Shown here piece after piece: positions 42,052 to 52,013 of a stretch of 64,000 bases of DNA. Origin of the DNA: Klebsiella pneumoniae (lineage in GTDB: Bacteria > Desulfobacterota > Binatia > UBA12015); contig CAMBZJ010000004.1 of NCBI GenBank assembly GCA_945872365.1, positions 1,196-65,195 of the forward strand, given 5' to 3'. Position numbers and translations under genes: made by a program. Each line of letters opens with the position of its first letter. The first letter of the stretch is position 1. The notes below the pieces were generated by a model. That model saw only the letters and a list, made by a program, of their open reading frames with translations. It ran no database searches and was not told the DNA's origin.

Positions 42052-42213
42052 ATGGCGGGAAAATCGGAGTCGGACGGTGGTCTCATGGCCTTCCTCTGGC
42101 GCAACAAGATCTGGTGGCTCACCCCTGCCGTCGCGGTCCTTCTCCTGACCGGTCTCCTGCTGTGGTTCGGCCGATCGAGCGCGACGTCCCCGTTCACCTA
42201 CACCTTGTTCTGA
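42052..42213 (+). CDS. DUF5989-like small membrane protein
   Basis: GGGAGGG SD. MAGKSESDGGLMAFLWRNKIWWLTPAVAVLLLTGLLLWFGRSSATSPFTYTLF matches the family pattern (F.W...K.WWL.P..VLLLL.GLLL......APFIYTLF). Confidence 0.6.
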   Translation: MAGKSESDGGLMAFLWRNKIWWLTPAVAVLLLTGLLLWFGRSSATSPFTYTLF

Positions 42214-42235
42214 TCCACGACGACACGGAGGTCTC

Positions 42236-43168
42236 ATGCATCTCGTCACAGGCGGGGCCGGCTTCATCGGCTCCCACATCGTCGAACGACTGCTCGCCGA
42301 CGGCCAGAAGGTCCGTATTCTCGACAACTTCTCGACCGGCAAGCACACCAACCTCGCGCCCTTTCAGGGCCGGGTCGAGCTCGTCGAAGGCGATCTTCGC
42401 GACGCGGGGGCACTCGCCCGTGCGGTCGAGGGCTGCGAGGTGGTCTACCAGCAGGCGGCGCTGCGCTCGGTGCCGCGCTCGATCGACGACCCCCTTGCGA
42501 ACAACGACGTGAACGTGACCGGCATCCTCCAATTGCTCATCGCGGCGAAGCGCGCCGGCGTCCGGCGGGTGGTCTATGCTTCCTCCTCCTCGGTCTACGG
42601 TGACGATCCGTCGCTGCCCAAGGTCGAGACCCAGACCCCGCGGCCCATCTCGCCGTATGCGGCCTCGAAGATCATGGGCGAGTACTACTGCCGCATCTAC
42701 TCGCAGCTCTACGGACTCGAGACGGTGAGCATGCGCTACTTTAACGTCTTCGGCCCGCGCCAGGACCCGGAGTCGAAGTACGCAGCCGTGATTCCTCGGT
42801 TCATCACGGCGGCGCTCGCCGGGGAGCCGGCGGAGGTTCACGGCGACGGCCTGCAGTCGCGCGATTTTACCTACGTCGACAACGTCGTCGATGCGAATCT
42901 GCTGGCGGGCAAGGCGCCGGACGTGGCGGGAGAGGCCTTCAACATCGCCTGCGGTGGCCGCTTCACGCTGCTCGACGCGCTGTCTGCGATCGAAAAGGGA
43001 CTCGGCCACCCGGTCGCGCGCAAACACGAGGAGGCGCGTGCCGGCGACGTGAAGCACACCCTCGCCGACATCTCGAAGGCCCGTCGCATGCTCGGCTACG
43101 AGCCGAAGGTGGACTTCGAGGAGGGCATGCGGCGCACGGTCGACTGGTTCCGGCTCGACGCCGCGTGA
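42236..43168 (+). CDS. NAD-dependent epimerase/dehydratase (WbpP/TviC-like UDP-sugar 4-epimerase type)
   Basis: MHLVTGGAGFIGSHIVERLL...YASSSSVYGD...PYAASKIMGEYY... has the GxxGxxG Rossmann motif and YxxxK. Confidence 0.85.
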   Translation: MHLVTGGAGFIGSHIVERLLADGQKVRILDNFSTGKHTNLAPFQGRVELVEGDLRDAGALARAVEGCEVVYQQAALRSVPRSIDDPLANNDVNVTGILQLLIAAKRAGVRRVVYASSSSVYGDDPSLPKVETQTPRPISPYAASKIMGEYYCRIYSQLYGLETVSMRYFNVFGPRQDPESKYAAVIPRFITAALAGEPAEVHGDGLQSRDFTYVDNVVDANLLAGKAPDVAGEAFNIACGGRFTLLDALSAIEKGLGHPVARKHEEARAGDVKHTLADISKARRMLGYEPKVDFEEGMRRTVDWFRLDAA

Positions 43169-43218
43169 GACGGCCGACCGCACGTCGCCGGTCCGGTTCG
43201 CGCTAGGGGGCTCGGCCC

Positions 43219-44169
43219 GTGTTCCGCGCACCGGTCGACGTGGTGACCGGGTATCTAGGCAGCGGCAAGACGACGCTCGTGCGCCGCCTGCTCGGGTCCC
43301 CGCTCGGTGCGCGGGTCGCAGTGGTCGTCAATGAAATCGCCGGCCTCGACGTCGACGGCCGCGTGCTGCGCGGCCTCGACGGGGTCGACCGGGCCGTCGA
43401 ACTCGCCGGTGGATGCGTCTGCTGCGAGATCGAGGAGTCGCGCTTCGCCCGCGCGATCGGGACGCTGCTCGAACGGGTGCGTCCGGACCTGGTCGTGGTC
43501 GAGACCAGCGGTGCCGCCGAACCGGGTGCCACCGTCGCAAGGTTGCGCGACGCGGGCCTGACGCTCGACGCCGTGGTGGCGCTCCTCGACGCGGAGCACG
43601 GCGACCGTGTACTCGACCATCCGCTCGGCCGCGCGCAGGTGGCGGGTGCTGACTTCGTGGTCGTGAATCGAGTCGACCTCGCCGCGGCGGCTGCGGTCGA
43701 CGCGCTCGCGGCCCGGGTCGGGCGCGAGAACCCCCGCGCACTGGTCCTGCGCGCGATCCGTGCCGAGGTCGATCCGGCGCTGCTATTTGCAACCGGCGCG
43801 GCGGCACTCGCCGCGGTCGCCGGGGTCCGACCACGGCCAGCGGCGGATATCGGCGCCGTGGCCGGGCACGGCCTCGAGGCGCGGGTCCACCGCTCGCAAG
43901 GTCGCTTTTCGGTCGAGGCGCTGGTCGAGGTCCTGGAGGCTCTTCCCGATTCGGTGCACCGTGCGAAGGGCATCGTCCGGGTTCCGGGGAGCGAATTCGG
44001 CCTGCTGTTCAACGCCGTGCGCCGGCGGGTCGAGACGGAGTGGCTTCCCTTTCCGGTGCCGGAGAGCCGGGCGGTCGTGGTGGGCGAGGATCTCGCCCCG
44101 CTCTGGGAGGATCTGCGCGAGGCGCTCCTCGGCTGCGAGGTCGCGGGCGACTCGGGTGTCGCGACATGA
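43219..44169 (+). CDS. CobW/COG0523-family GTPase (putative zinc metallochaperone)
   Basis: P-loop VTGYLGSGKTTL. Metal-binding GCVCCE motif. Stop overlaps the next gene's start (ATGA). Confidence 0.8.
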   Translation: MFRAPVDVVTGYLGSGKTTLVRRLLGSPLGARVAVVVNEIAGLDVDGRVLRGLDGVDRAVELAGGCVCCEIEESRFARAIGTLLERVRPDLVVVETSGAAEPGATVARLRDAGLTLDAVVALLDAEHGDRVLDHPLGRAQVAGADFVVVNRVDLAAAAAVDALAARVGRENPRALVLRAIRAEVDPALLFATGAAALAAVAGVRPRPAADIGAVAGHGLEARVHRSQGRFSVEALVEVLEALPDSVHRAKGIVRVPGSEFGLLFNAVRRRVETEWLPFPVPESRAVVVGEDLAPLWEDLREALLGCEVAGDSGVAT

Positions 44170-45854
44170 CGCAGCCGGCGGAGCCTCGCCGTGGAGCTTC
44201 GAGGGCCGCTCGTCGGGGGGATGGCACAGCGGGTTCGCCGGTCATCGTGGTGGGGATCGACGGCGCCGACTGGGATCTCCTCGATCCCTGGATCGCCGCG
44301 GGCGAACTCCCGGCGATCGCGGCGCTGCGCGGTGCGGGGGTTGCCGGGCGCTCGGTGTCGACCGATCCGCCGGCCACCTTTCCCGCGTGGACCTCGTTCG
44401 CCACGGCTTGCGAGCCGGTCGAGCACGGGGTCTTCGATTTCACTCTGCGCCGCGGCTATTCCATTCGGTTCGTCTCGGCGCGGGATCGCGCGCGTCCCTC
44501 GATCTGGTCGCGGGTCGCCGGGAGCGGGCGACGGGTCGCTGTATACAATCTGCCGGCCTCGTATCCGCCCGAGGAACTCCCCGGCGGCGTCTTCGTGTCG
44601 GGCTTCGACACGCCGGTCGCGACCGCGATCGACCCGTCGTTCGTCCACCCGCGCGGCCTGCACGCGGAACTCACCCGCAGGCACGGCCCACTCGTCATCT
44701 CCGACTTGAACGAGGTCCGCATCGACGGCGGGTGGCACGAGCGCGCACTCGCGACGCTGTTGCGCGACGTGGCCCGGCGCGGCGAGATCGCGCTCGACCT
44801 GGCTCGCCGCGAGGCATGGGACCTGTTCTTCGTGCTCTTCGGCGAATCGGACACCGCGGGCCACCACTTCTGGTGGCTGCACGACCGCGGCTCGCCGCGC
44901 CATCGCCCGGGGCCGCTCGCAGGAGCGCTCCTCGACGTCTACCGGGCCATCGACCGCGCGATCGGCCGCCTCGTCGACGCACGGCCGGCCGACGCGCGGG
45001 TACTGCTCCTGTCCGATCACGGGATGGGGGGTGCGGGGACGCGCTGCGTCTCGATCAATCGTTTCCTCGAAGAGCGGGGTTGGCTGCGCTTCGCGCCGAT
45101 GAGCCTGGTCGACCCGGGGTTGGGCGCGCTGCGCGGACTGGCGCTCCGGGTCGTGCCGACGCGACTCCAGGGACGACTCGCGCGCGGCGTCGGCGCCGGG
45201 CTCGCGACTCGCCTGGAGGCCCGGTCGCGCTTCGCCGGGATCGACTGGCGGGGCACGCGGGCCTTTTCCGAGGAGCTGAACTACGCGCCGTCGGTTTGTC
45301 TGAACCTGGCCGGCCGGGAGCCGCTCGGGCAAGTCGCGCCGGAGCAGGCCGAGGGGGTATGTCGCGAACTGGTCGACCTGCTCGAGTCGTGGCGCGACCC
45401 GGCGACCGGCGGGCGCATCGTCGCCCGGGCAAGGACGCGGCGCGAGGTGCATGGCGACGGCCCCTTGCTGGAGCGCGCACCGGACCTGGTCGTGGATCTC
45501 GCGCTCGAGGACGGCTACTCGACCACGGTCCGGCGCTCCGGAGGACGTCCCGGTCCGGCGGTCTGGCGGATCGACCCATCCGAGCATCCGGGTTCGAAGG
45601 CCTCGGGCATGAACGGAACGCACCGCCGTCACGGCATGTACTGCTGGAGTGTTCCCGGACTTGCCGGGGCGCCGGGACCGGACCGTCGGCTCGCCGAACT
45701 CGGCGCCTCGGTTCTGGGTGCGTTCGACATCGAGGCATATCCGGGAGGCGAGGGCGCGGATTCTCCATCCGCGTTCGTCGGCGAGGACCCCTACGACGGC
45801 GAAGAGAACGAAGTGCTCGAGCGGCGGCTTCGCGCCCTGGGTTACCTCGAGTGA
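44166..45854 (+). CDS. Alkaline-phosphatase-superfamily enzyme (type I phosphodiesterase / nucleotide pyrophosphatase-like)
   Basis: VIVVGIDGADWDLLDPWIAAGELPAIAAL...PATFPAWTSFATA...GESDTAGHHFW...LLLSDHGM shows the metal-site pattern of the AP fold. Confidence 0.75.
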   Translation: MTQPAEPRRGASRAARRGDGTAGSPVIVVGIDGADWDLLDPWIAAGELPAIAALRGAGVAGRSVSTDPPATFPAWTSFATACEPVEHGVFDFTLRRGYSIRFVSARDRARPSIWSRVAGSGRRVAVYNLPASYPPEELPGGVFVSGFDTPVATAIDPSFVHPRGLHAELTRRHGPLVISDLNEVRIDGGWHERALATLLRDVARRGEIALDLARREAWDLFFVLFGESDTAGHHFWWLHDRGSPRHRPGPLAGALLDVYRAIDRAIGRLVDARPADARVLLLSDHGMGGAGTRCVSINRFLEERGWLRFAPMSLVDPGLGALRGLALRVVPTRLQGRLARGVGAGLATRLEARSRFAGIDWRGTRAFSEELNYAPSVCLNLAGREPLGQVAPEQAEGVCRELVDLLESWRDPATGGRIVARARTRREVHGDGPLLERAPDLVVDLALEDGYSTTVRRSGGRPGPAVWRIDPSEHPGSKASGMNGTHRRHGMYCWSVPGLAGAPGPDRRLAELGASVLGAFDIEAYPGGEGADSPSAFVGEDPYDGEENEVLERRLRALGYLE

Positions 45855-45922
45855 GGGGCGCCGAGGCCTCGGGTGGGGCCGAGCGCGCGCAGCCCTCGGC
45901 GCGGGCTTCGCTGCGCCGGGTG

Positions 45923-47068
45923 ATGCCGCGCATCGGGATCGTGGCTGGATGCCGCTTTCCGTCGCCACGCGGGTCGCAGGTGCTCATCGACGCCATGGCG
46001 GCCGCACTCGCCGCATCGGGAGTCGAGACGCACCTGCTTGCCCCGATCGCGGGTCCCTGGCGGAGTTCCTACCGAACCCACTCTCTCGCATCCGCGCGGA
46101 CCATGCCGGTGGCCGAGCCGTCGCTGGGTTCGGCCGCGGGCAGGCTGCTGCGCGACCCCGGGCTCGCGTCGCGACTTGCGAGGATCGTCGCGCGGGAGCG
46201 GATCGAGGTCCTGCACGCGCACAACTACGAGGCGCTCATCGCCTCGCTGTGCGTGCGTGCGGCGCTCGGCGTGCCGGTGGTATTCCATGCGCACGCGGTC
46301 CTCGCGGACGAGCTGCCGCTCTACGCTCCGCCGGGGGCGCTCGGCGCAGGTGCCGCGCGGCGGCTCGGTGCCTGGTGCGACGCCCGCCTGCCGCGACTGG
46401 CCGATCACGTGGTCGCGCTGAGCGGCGACGTCGCTCGCTACATGGGCGAGAACGGCGTCGCACCGCACAGGCTCTCGACGATCCCGCCGGGGGTGGCGGC
46501 CGCGGCTCCCGCGCCGGTCGCACGCCCGCGCAGCGCTCGGCCGCAGGCGGTCTTCGCGGGCAACCTCGATCGCTACCAGAACCTCGACCTGCTGCTGGAC
46601 GCCTGGGCGATCGTCGCAGGGCGGATGGCGGACGCCGAGTTGCTGCTGGTGACGCATGAATCGCAGCGGGCGCCGGGGCTCGGTGCCGGCCCGGTCCTGC
46701 CGCGCGTGGGGATCGTTCGGGCGAAGGACTTCGGCGAAGCCCAGGCGGCGACGGCCGGCGCATGGGTCGGGGTGTCGCCGCGGACCTCTTGGTCGGGCTT
46801 CCCGATCAAGACGCTCAACTACATGGCGGCGGCCCTGCCGACCGTCGCAATGGCGGGATCGGCCAAGGGCGTCTGTGACGGCGAGACCGGTTGGATCGTC
46901 CGCGAGCCGACCGCGCATGCCCTTGCCGAGAGCCTCTGCGAGGCTCTCGGCGACCCGGCCCGCGCGGCTTCGCGCGGGCGGAGCGCCCGCGAGTTGCTCG
47001 GCGAAGACCACGACTGGGGCCGGCTGGTCCCCGGGCTGCTCGCGATCTCGGAGGCGGTGGCACGTTGA
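45923..47068 (+). CDS. Glycosyltransferase family 4 (GT-B, RfaG-like)
   Basis: MPRIGIVAGCRFPSPRGSQVLIDAMAAALAASGVETHLL...LHAHN...C-terminal EGFPIKTLNYMAAALPTVA resembles the E(x7)E GT4 motif. In-frame GTG at 45851 is an alternative start. Confidence 0.8.
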   Translation: MPRIGIVAGCRFPSPRGSQVLIDAMAAALAASGVETHLLAPIAGPWRSSYRTHSLASARTMPVAEPSLGSAAGRLLRDPGLASRLARIVARERIEVLHAHNYEALIASLCVRAALGVPVVFHAHAVLADELPLYAPPGALGAGAARRLGAWCDARLPRLADHVVALSGDVARYMGENGVAPHRLSTIPPGVAAAAPAPVARPRSARPQAVFAGNLDRYQNLDLLLDAWAIVAGRMADAELLLVTHESQRAPGLGAGPVLPRVGIVRAKDFGEAQAATAGAWVGVSPRTSWSGFPIKTLNYMAAALPTVAMAGSAKGVCDGETGWIVREPTAHALAESLCEALGDPARAASRGRSARELLGEDHDWGRLVPGLLAISEAVAR

Positions 47069-47126
47069 GCTGCGACCGCCGGGCGGGCCTTCCGCAATTC
47101 ACCGCAGCCGGCTAGAGATCTTGGCG

Positions 47127-47522
47127 ATGGCTTCGCCGCGAGACGTCGATCCGGGATCCGGCCCGCTGCCCGAGGAGCAGGAAAGGCTGCGCCGCGAGGC
47201 GGATGCGGCGGTACGGCTCGAGGGTGAGTTCCTGCGTCGCCTCTCCCGGCACGGCATGCGGGGCGTCGACGACATGGTCGAGATGCATGAGCGCCTGCGC
47301 CGGGCGGCGGCCAGCATCGCTCTGCCGGAGATCGATTTCGCGCTCGCCCGCCTCGGCGGGCTGATCGATCAACTCCGCCTCCTGCGGCGGAAGATCGATC
47401 GCCTCGCAGCGATGCGTCGGTCGCTCGACGCGGCGGCCGCACCGGCTCCGCAGCCGGCCGCCTCGTTTTCGGGCGCCCAGGGCCGGACCGGACACCGCAA
47501 CGGCGGTGCCGACCCGCGTTGA
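47127..47522 (+). CDS. Hypothetical coiled-coil protein (131 aa)
   Basis: In operon position after the GT4 gene. Heptad-like IDQLRLLRRKIDRLAAMRRSL. R/A-rich composition means it could be a GC artefact. Confidence 0.3.
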   Translation: MASPRDVDPGSGPLPEEQERLRREADAAVRLEGEFLRRLSRHGMRGVDDMVEMHERLRRAAASIALPEIDFALARLGGLIDQLRLLRRKIDRLAAMRRSLDAAAAPAPQPAASFSGAQGRTGHRNGGADPR

Positions 47523-47554
47523 CGGCGGGGCGGGTCGCTGGTACCTCGAAGTTC

Positions 47555-47743
47555 ATGGAAGGACACGTCAGTCCGCTCAGGCAGTTCTTCGAGATGCTGG
47601 TGCGGCCGGACAACATCCCGATCATCGGCATGTTGGTTCTGGTGCTCTGGTTCACCTACGTGGGCTTCAAGGAAGCTCGCAAGAACGATGAGTTGATCGC
47701 GCAAGGACGCGAGGACGAAGTCCTGCGCAAGATGCACGAGTGA
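47555..47743 (+). CDS. Small membrane protein (62 aa)
   Basis: Clearly lower-GC segment. MEGHVSPLRQFFEMLVRPDNIPIIGMLVLVLWFTYVGFKEARKNDELIAQGREDEVLRKMHE has one TM helix and balanced composition. Sits just upstream of the ferredoxin gene. Confidence 0.5.
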   Translation: MEGHVSPLRQFFEMLVRPDNIPIIGMLVLVLWFTYVGFKEARKNDELIAQGREDEVLRKMHE

Positions 47744-47774
47744 CGGCTCGCCCGTCCCTGACCTGGAACCACCC

Positions 47775-48251
47775 ATGCCATTCACGATCATCGCCGAGAA
47801 TTGCACCGGATGCAGCGCCTGCGAGAAGCGCTGCCCCACCCGCGCCATCAGCGGCGACCCGAAGAAGTCCTACTTCATCGAAGCGACGATGTGCATCGAC
47901 TGCGGGTCCTGCGGCGTAATTTGCCCCGACGATGCGATCCTCGACACCTTCGGCAACATGACAAGCGTCCTCAAGCGGGCCGAGCGCCCGCTGGCGATCG
48001 TTCATCCCGACAACTGCAACGGGTGCGGGGTCTGCATCGACGTCTGCCCGTTCGACAGCCTGTCGGTAGCACCAGGCAACACGGCCACCTACCTAGGCAA
48101 GGTGATCGTCGACGAGAAGAGCTGCGTCGGCTGCCGGCTCTGCGAGGAGGTCTGCGGCTGGGACGGGATCTACATCATGCCCGGCGGCGAGAAGGGGGCC
48201 TTCCTCGCGGCGCTCGGGTACGATGCCGAGGAAGGCGCCGGGGCGAACTGA
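47775..48251 (+). CDS. Ferredoxin with four CxxCxxCxxxCP motifs (two 2x[4Fe-4S] dicluster domains)
   Basis: CTGCSACEKRCP, CIDCGSCGVICP, CNGCGVCIDVCP, CVGCRLCEEVCG. Confidence 0.85.
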   Translation: MPFTIIAENCTGCSACEKRCPTRAISGDPKKSYFIEATMCIDCGSCGVICPDDAILDTFGNMTSVLKRAERPLAIVHPDNCNGCGVCIDVCPFDSLSVAPGNTATYLGKVIVDEKSCVGCRLCEEVCGWDGIYIMPGGEKGAFLAALGYDAEEGAGAN

Positions 48252-48323
48252 GGCGAGCAGCGCCGGCGAATCGTCCGGCGTACGATCCGAGGGATCGCCC
48301 GGTCGTCCCCGGGCACCCCGCTC

Positions 48324-49223
48324 TCAGATCACCTTGTTCAGCGGGTACTCGATGATGCCGAGTGCCCCGGCCTTGATCAGGCGCGGGATCAGTTCGCGCA
48401 CCGTCGCCTCGGCGATCACGCTCTCGACGGAGAACCACTCCTCCCCGTGGAGGCGTTCGGCGGGGAAGAGATTGGACATTGTCGGGGCGGTCAGGCTCGG
48501 CAGGAGTTCGATGATCCGGCCCACGTCGGCCTTGCGCGCATTGAGCTTGATGCCGACCTTGCCCTGCGCCTCGAGCGCCCCGCGCAGGAGCAGCGCGATC
48601 TGCTCGAGCTTCTCGCGCTTGGCGGGGTCGGCCCAGGCGGAGCGAGCGGCCACGAGCTGCGGGTTCGAGGGCAGCAGGTCCTCGACGATCCGCAGCTTGT
48701 TGGCCCGCAGGGTGGAGCCGGTCTCCGTCACGTCCACGATCGCGTCGACGAGCCCCTCGGCGACCTTGGCCTCGGTGGCACCCCAGGAGAACTCGACGTC
48801 GACGTCGATGCCGCGCCCGGCGAAGAACCGCTCGGTCACTTTGACCAGTTCGGTTGCGACGATCTTGCCGCGCAGGTCCTCCGCCCTCTGTACCGGCGAG
48901 TCGTCGCGGACGACCAGCACCCAGCGCGTCCCCTGCAGGCTCACCTTGGAGTACACCAGGTCGCAGACCACGTGGACGTCGCTCTCGCTCTCGACGACCC
49001 AGTCCTGCCCGGTGATGCCGGCGTCGAGAGCGCCCGCTTCGATGTAGCGCGACATCTCCTGCGGGCGCATGAACGAGCAGCGGATCGCCGGGTCGTCGAT
49101 CGACGGAAAGTAACTTCGGCCGCTCGTCGAGATGCGCCAGCCGGCCTTCTCGAAGAGTTCGATCGTCGGCTTCTCGAGGCTGCCCTTGGGAAGCCCGAGC
49201 TTGAGAAGCGTGGGTGCGGTCAT
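48324..49223 (-). CDS. hisG: ATP phosphoribosyltransferase (long form)
   Basis: [23 protein letters not shown]...[13 protein letters not shown]...[24 protein letters not shown]. 299 aa long form with C-terminal regulatory domain. Confidence 0.9.
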   Translation of the reverse strand: MTAPTLLKLGLPKGSLEKPTIELFEKAGWRISTSGRSYFPSIDDPAIRCSFMRPQEMSRYIEAGALDAGITGQDWVVESESDVHVVCDLVYSKVSLQGTRWVLVVRDDSPVQRAEDLRGKIVATELVKVTERFFAGRGIDVDVEFSWGATEAKVAEGLVDAIVDVTETGSTLRANKLRIVEDLLPSNPQLVAARSAWADPAKREKLEQIALLLRGALEAQGKVGIKLNARKADVGRIIELLPSLTAPTMSNLFPAERLHGEEWFSVESVIAEATVRELIPRLIKAGALGIIEYPLNKVI

Positions 49224-49597
49224 CGCGACTCCTTCCCGTAGACCTCAGCCGGATCGAACAGCGGCTCGCCCACGATCCGCCAGGCGTCGCCCTCGCGTCG
49301 GCGGTGGAAACAACTGCGAAAACCGGTATGGCAGGCGGCGCCGCCGTGCTGGTGGACGCGCAGGAGAATCGTGTCGAGGTCGCAGTCGATGCGGATCTCG
49401 ACGACTTCCTGATGGTTGCCCGACTCCTCGCCCTTGCGCCACAAGCCACGCCGCCGGCTCCAGTAGACGGCGCGTCCGGTGCGCAGCGTTTCCTCCCAGG
49501 CCTGGTCGTTCATGTAGGCGACCATCAGCACCTCGCCGGTCTCGGCGTCCTGGGCGATCGCGGGGATCAGGCCCTTGCTGAAGTCGGGCGATTCCAT
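49220..49597 (-). CDS. hisI: Phosphoribosyl-AMP cyclohydrolase
   Basis: [81 protein letters not shown]. Overlaps the hisG start by 4 nt. Confidence 0.85.
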   Translation of the reverse strand: MESPDFSKGLIPAIAQDAETGEVLMVAYMNDQAWEETLRTGRAVYWSRRRGLWRKGEESGNHQEVVEIRIDCDLDTILLRVHQHGGAACHTGFRSCFHRRREGDAWRIVGEPLFDPAEVYGKESR

Positions 49598-49682
49598 CTT
49601 CGATCCTCCATGCTCGATCGGGCGCGTGACCGCTCCTCGCCGGTGCGCCGGCCGGCGGGTTTCCGCCGTGGCGGCTGTGCCG

Positions 49683-49910
49683 TCAGCGGGCCGTGCCCGA
49701 GATGAGGCCCTCGAGATAGCCCACGTGCGCTCGCCAGATGGCGTCGCGCTGCCTGAGATCGTCGACACCCGAAGGCGTGAGCCCGACGCTCGCCTGAGGA
49801 TCGCAGGGCGGGACGAACTTGACGGCGGGCAGGCCGGGTCGTGGCGGCACGACGGCCCGACGCGGAGCGCAGCCCGAAAGCCCCGCCAACGCCACGACGA
49901 CCGCGAGCAC
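49683..49910 (-). CDS. Putative small lipoprotein (C-terminal part of ORF 49683..50450); start uncertain
   Basis: Only the last ~75 aa of the track ORF look protein-like: [69 protein letters not shown] (lipobox LSGC). No ATG; possible GTG at 49910. Confidence 0.25.
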   Translation of the reverse strand: MLAVVVALAGLSGCAPRRAVVPPRPGLPAVKFVPPCDPQASVGLTPSGVDDLRQRDAIWRAHVGYLEGLISGTAR

Positions 49911-50077
49911 GCACGCTCCGGGCCGACCCGCGCGGCTCTGACCAGCGGATCGCGGGGCAGGTCCCCAAGGGAGCCGGAGCGCTGCACCTGGCCTCGACAC
50001 GCCCGCAGCCCTAGCGCGCGGGCGGGAAAACGCAATCCGACATGGAGATCGGGGGCGACCGCTGATAGCGTCGTGAC

Positions 50078-51103
50078 ATGCGCCTCGCGGAGATCGCCGA
50101 CGCCATCGATGCGACACTCGAAGGCGACCCGGGCTGCGAGATCGACGAACTGGCGCCGCTCGAGAGCGCGGGGCCGCGCTCGCTCTCGTTCGTCTCGAAC
50201 CCGCGCTACCTCGTGCAACTCGCCGGGACTCGCGCCGGGGCCGTGATCCTCGGGCCGGGCGTTGCGGGTCCGGGTTGCGCGGTGCTGCGGGTCCCCGATG
50301 CCTACCTCGGGTTCGCGCGTGCCCTCGGACTCTTCGACCGGCCGGTCCGGCCCGTGCCCGGGATCGACCCCTCGGCGCGCATCGATCCCACGGCGGACGT
50401 CGGCGAGGCGACGCGCATCGGCGCGCACGTTTCGATCGGGGCGGGATCACGCGTCGGCCGTGGCTGCACGATCTTTCCCGGCGCCGTCCTCTACCCTGAA
50501 GTCGAAATGGGCGACGACTGCATCGTCCACGCCAACGTCGTCATCCGCGAGCGGGTGAGGATCGGCCACCGGGTCGTGCTTGGCAGCGGCTGCGCGATCG
50601 GAGGGGAGGGCTTCGGCTATCTGCCCTTCCCGGGCGGCGGGATCTTCAAGCTCGCACAGGTGGGCGGGGTGGAGATCGGGGACGACGTCGAGATCGGGGC
50701 GAACACGACGATCGACCGCGCGACCATCGGGGTGACCCGCATCGAACGCGGGGCGAAACTCGACAACCTGGTCATGGTCGCGCACGGTTGTACGGTGGGC
50801 GAGGAGGCGCTTCTCGCGGCCCAGGTCGGACTCGCGGGTAGCACCGTGATCGGACCCCGGGTCCAGCTCGGCGGCCAGGTCGGAACAGCCGGGCACCTCA
50901 CCGTCGGGGCGGGGGCCCGGGTGGCGGCGCAGAGCGGGGTGCCCAACGACGTGGCCGCGGGTGCGACGGTCGGCGGCTATCCCGCGATGGAGGCCGCCCT
51001 CTGGCGGCGCGTGTCGGCGGCCGTCCGCCGGCTTCCCGAACTCCTGCGGCGCGTACGCCGGCTCGAACGTCGGCTCGGCGAGAACCCGGGCAGCGAAGGG
51101 TAG
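50078..51103 (+). CDS. lpxD: UDP-3-O-(3-hydroxyacyl)glucosamine N-acyltransferase
   Basis: [10 protein letters not shown]...left-handed beta-helix hexapeptide repeats ([26 protein letters not shown]...[16 protein letters not shown]). Confidence 0.85.
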   Translation: MRLAEIADAIDATLEGDPGCEIDELAPLESAGPRSLSFVSNPRYLVQLAGTRAGAVILGPGVAGPGCAVLRVPDAYLGFARALGLFDRPVRPVPGIDPSARIDPTADVGEATRIGAHVSIGAGSRVGRGCTIFPGAVLYPEVEMGDDCIVHANVVIRERVRIGHRVVLGSGCAIGGEGFGYLPFPGGGIFKLAQVGGVEIGDDVEIGANTTIDRATIGVTRIERGAKLDNLVMVAHGCTVGEEALLAAQVGLAGSTVIGPRVQLGGQVGTAGHLTVGAGARVAAQSGVPNDVAAGATVGGYPAMEAALWRRVSAAVRRLPELLRRVRRLERRLGENPGSEG

Positions 51104-51184
51104 GCCACTCGGGCTTCCTCCGGCCATGGCGCCGGGCGCGCTCTTTGATTTCCGGGCTGCGACCCCTAAGATCCCAGATCGGTC

Positions 51185-51730
51185 ATGATCCTGCCCGTGG
51201 AAGACATCACCGAGGAGTCGCTGACCTGCGACTTCTCCGATCCCGTCGAGGACATCAACCGGCGGCTCGAATCCGGTCCGCACGACTTCCGCTTCGTGCA
51301 TGCGATCGAGGTGCACCTTGATCACTATCGGGCGGACGACAACCTGTTCTTTGCCGGGCACCTGAGCACCGTGGCGCAGGGGGAGTGCGCGCGCTGCACC
51401 GAGACCTTCGCCTACCCGGTCGAACAGGACTTCTCGTTCGTGCTTCGGCCGGTCGATCCGGAGGAGGAGCGCGAGGAAGAGCGCAACGAACTCAGCAGCG
51501 ACGACCTCTCCGTCACGACCTATGAGGGCGAGGAGGTCGATCTCGCCCCGCTCGTCGAGGAGCAGGCGCTAGTCGCCCTGCCGACCCGGGCATTGTGCAG
51601 CGAGGACTGCCGCGGCCTGTGCCCCACTTGCGGGGCGAATCGCAATCTCGACTCCTGCCGGTGCCCGGCCAGCGAGGGCGACGCTCGCCTCGTGGTCCTG
51701 CGCAACCTCAAAGCGGGTCGGGCCCAGTAG
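51185..51730 (+). CDS. yceD: YceD/DUF177 family protein (23S rRNA accumulation protein)
   Basis: Acidic protein with C-terminal CxxC...CxxC (CRGLCPTCGANRNLDSCRC). Located directly upstream of rpmF as in most bacteria. Confidence 0.8.
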   Translation: MILPVEDITEESLTCDFSDPVEDINRRLESGPHDFRFVHAIEVHLDHYRADDNLFFAGHLSTVAQGECARCTETFAYPVEQDFSFVLRPVDPEEEREEERNELSSDDLSVTTYEGEEVDLAPLVEEQALVALPTRALCSEDCRGLCPTCGANRNLDSCRCPASEGDARLVVLRNLKAGRAQ

Positions 51731-51772
51731 CGCGCTTTCGCGAGCGCCGTTCCAACCGTCGAGGAGATTTTC

Positions 51773-51955
51773 ATGCCCGTCCCGAAACGCAGAACCTCGG
51801 TCTCGAAGCGCAACAAGCGGCGCTCGCACCACGCGCTCACGGCGCCGGCCTCGATCGCCTGTCCGCAGTGCGGCCAGCCGCGGCTGCGCCATCGCGCCTG
51901 CGCGAGTTGCGGCACCTATCGCGGCCGCCAGGTCGCCGAAGCGCGCGGCGACTGA
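51773..51955 (+). CDS. rpmF: 50S ribosomal protein L32
   Basis: MPVPKRRTSVSKRNKRRSHHALTAPASIACPQCGQPRLRHRACASCGTYRGRQV. Confidence 0.9.
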   Translation: MPVPKRRTSVSKRNKRRSHHALTAPASIACPQCGQPRLRHRACASCGTYRGRQVAEARGD

Positions 51956-52013
51956 GAGCCTCGCTGGCGAGCGTCCGGCCCGGGTCGGACGCGGCGCCAC
52001 GGCATTCCGGCTC

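Noticed and set aside
43203-45968. 921-aa minus-strand ORF
   Set aside because: Antisense to the CobW GTPase and AP-family genes. Composition is R/P/A/S-rich with no motifs.
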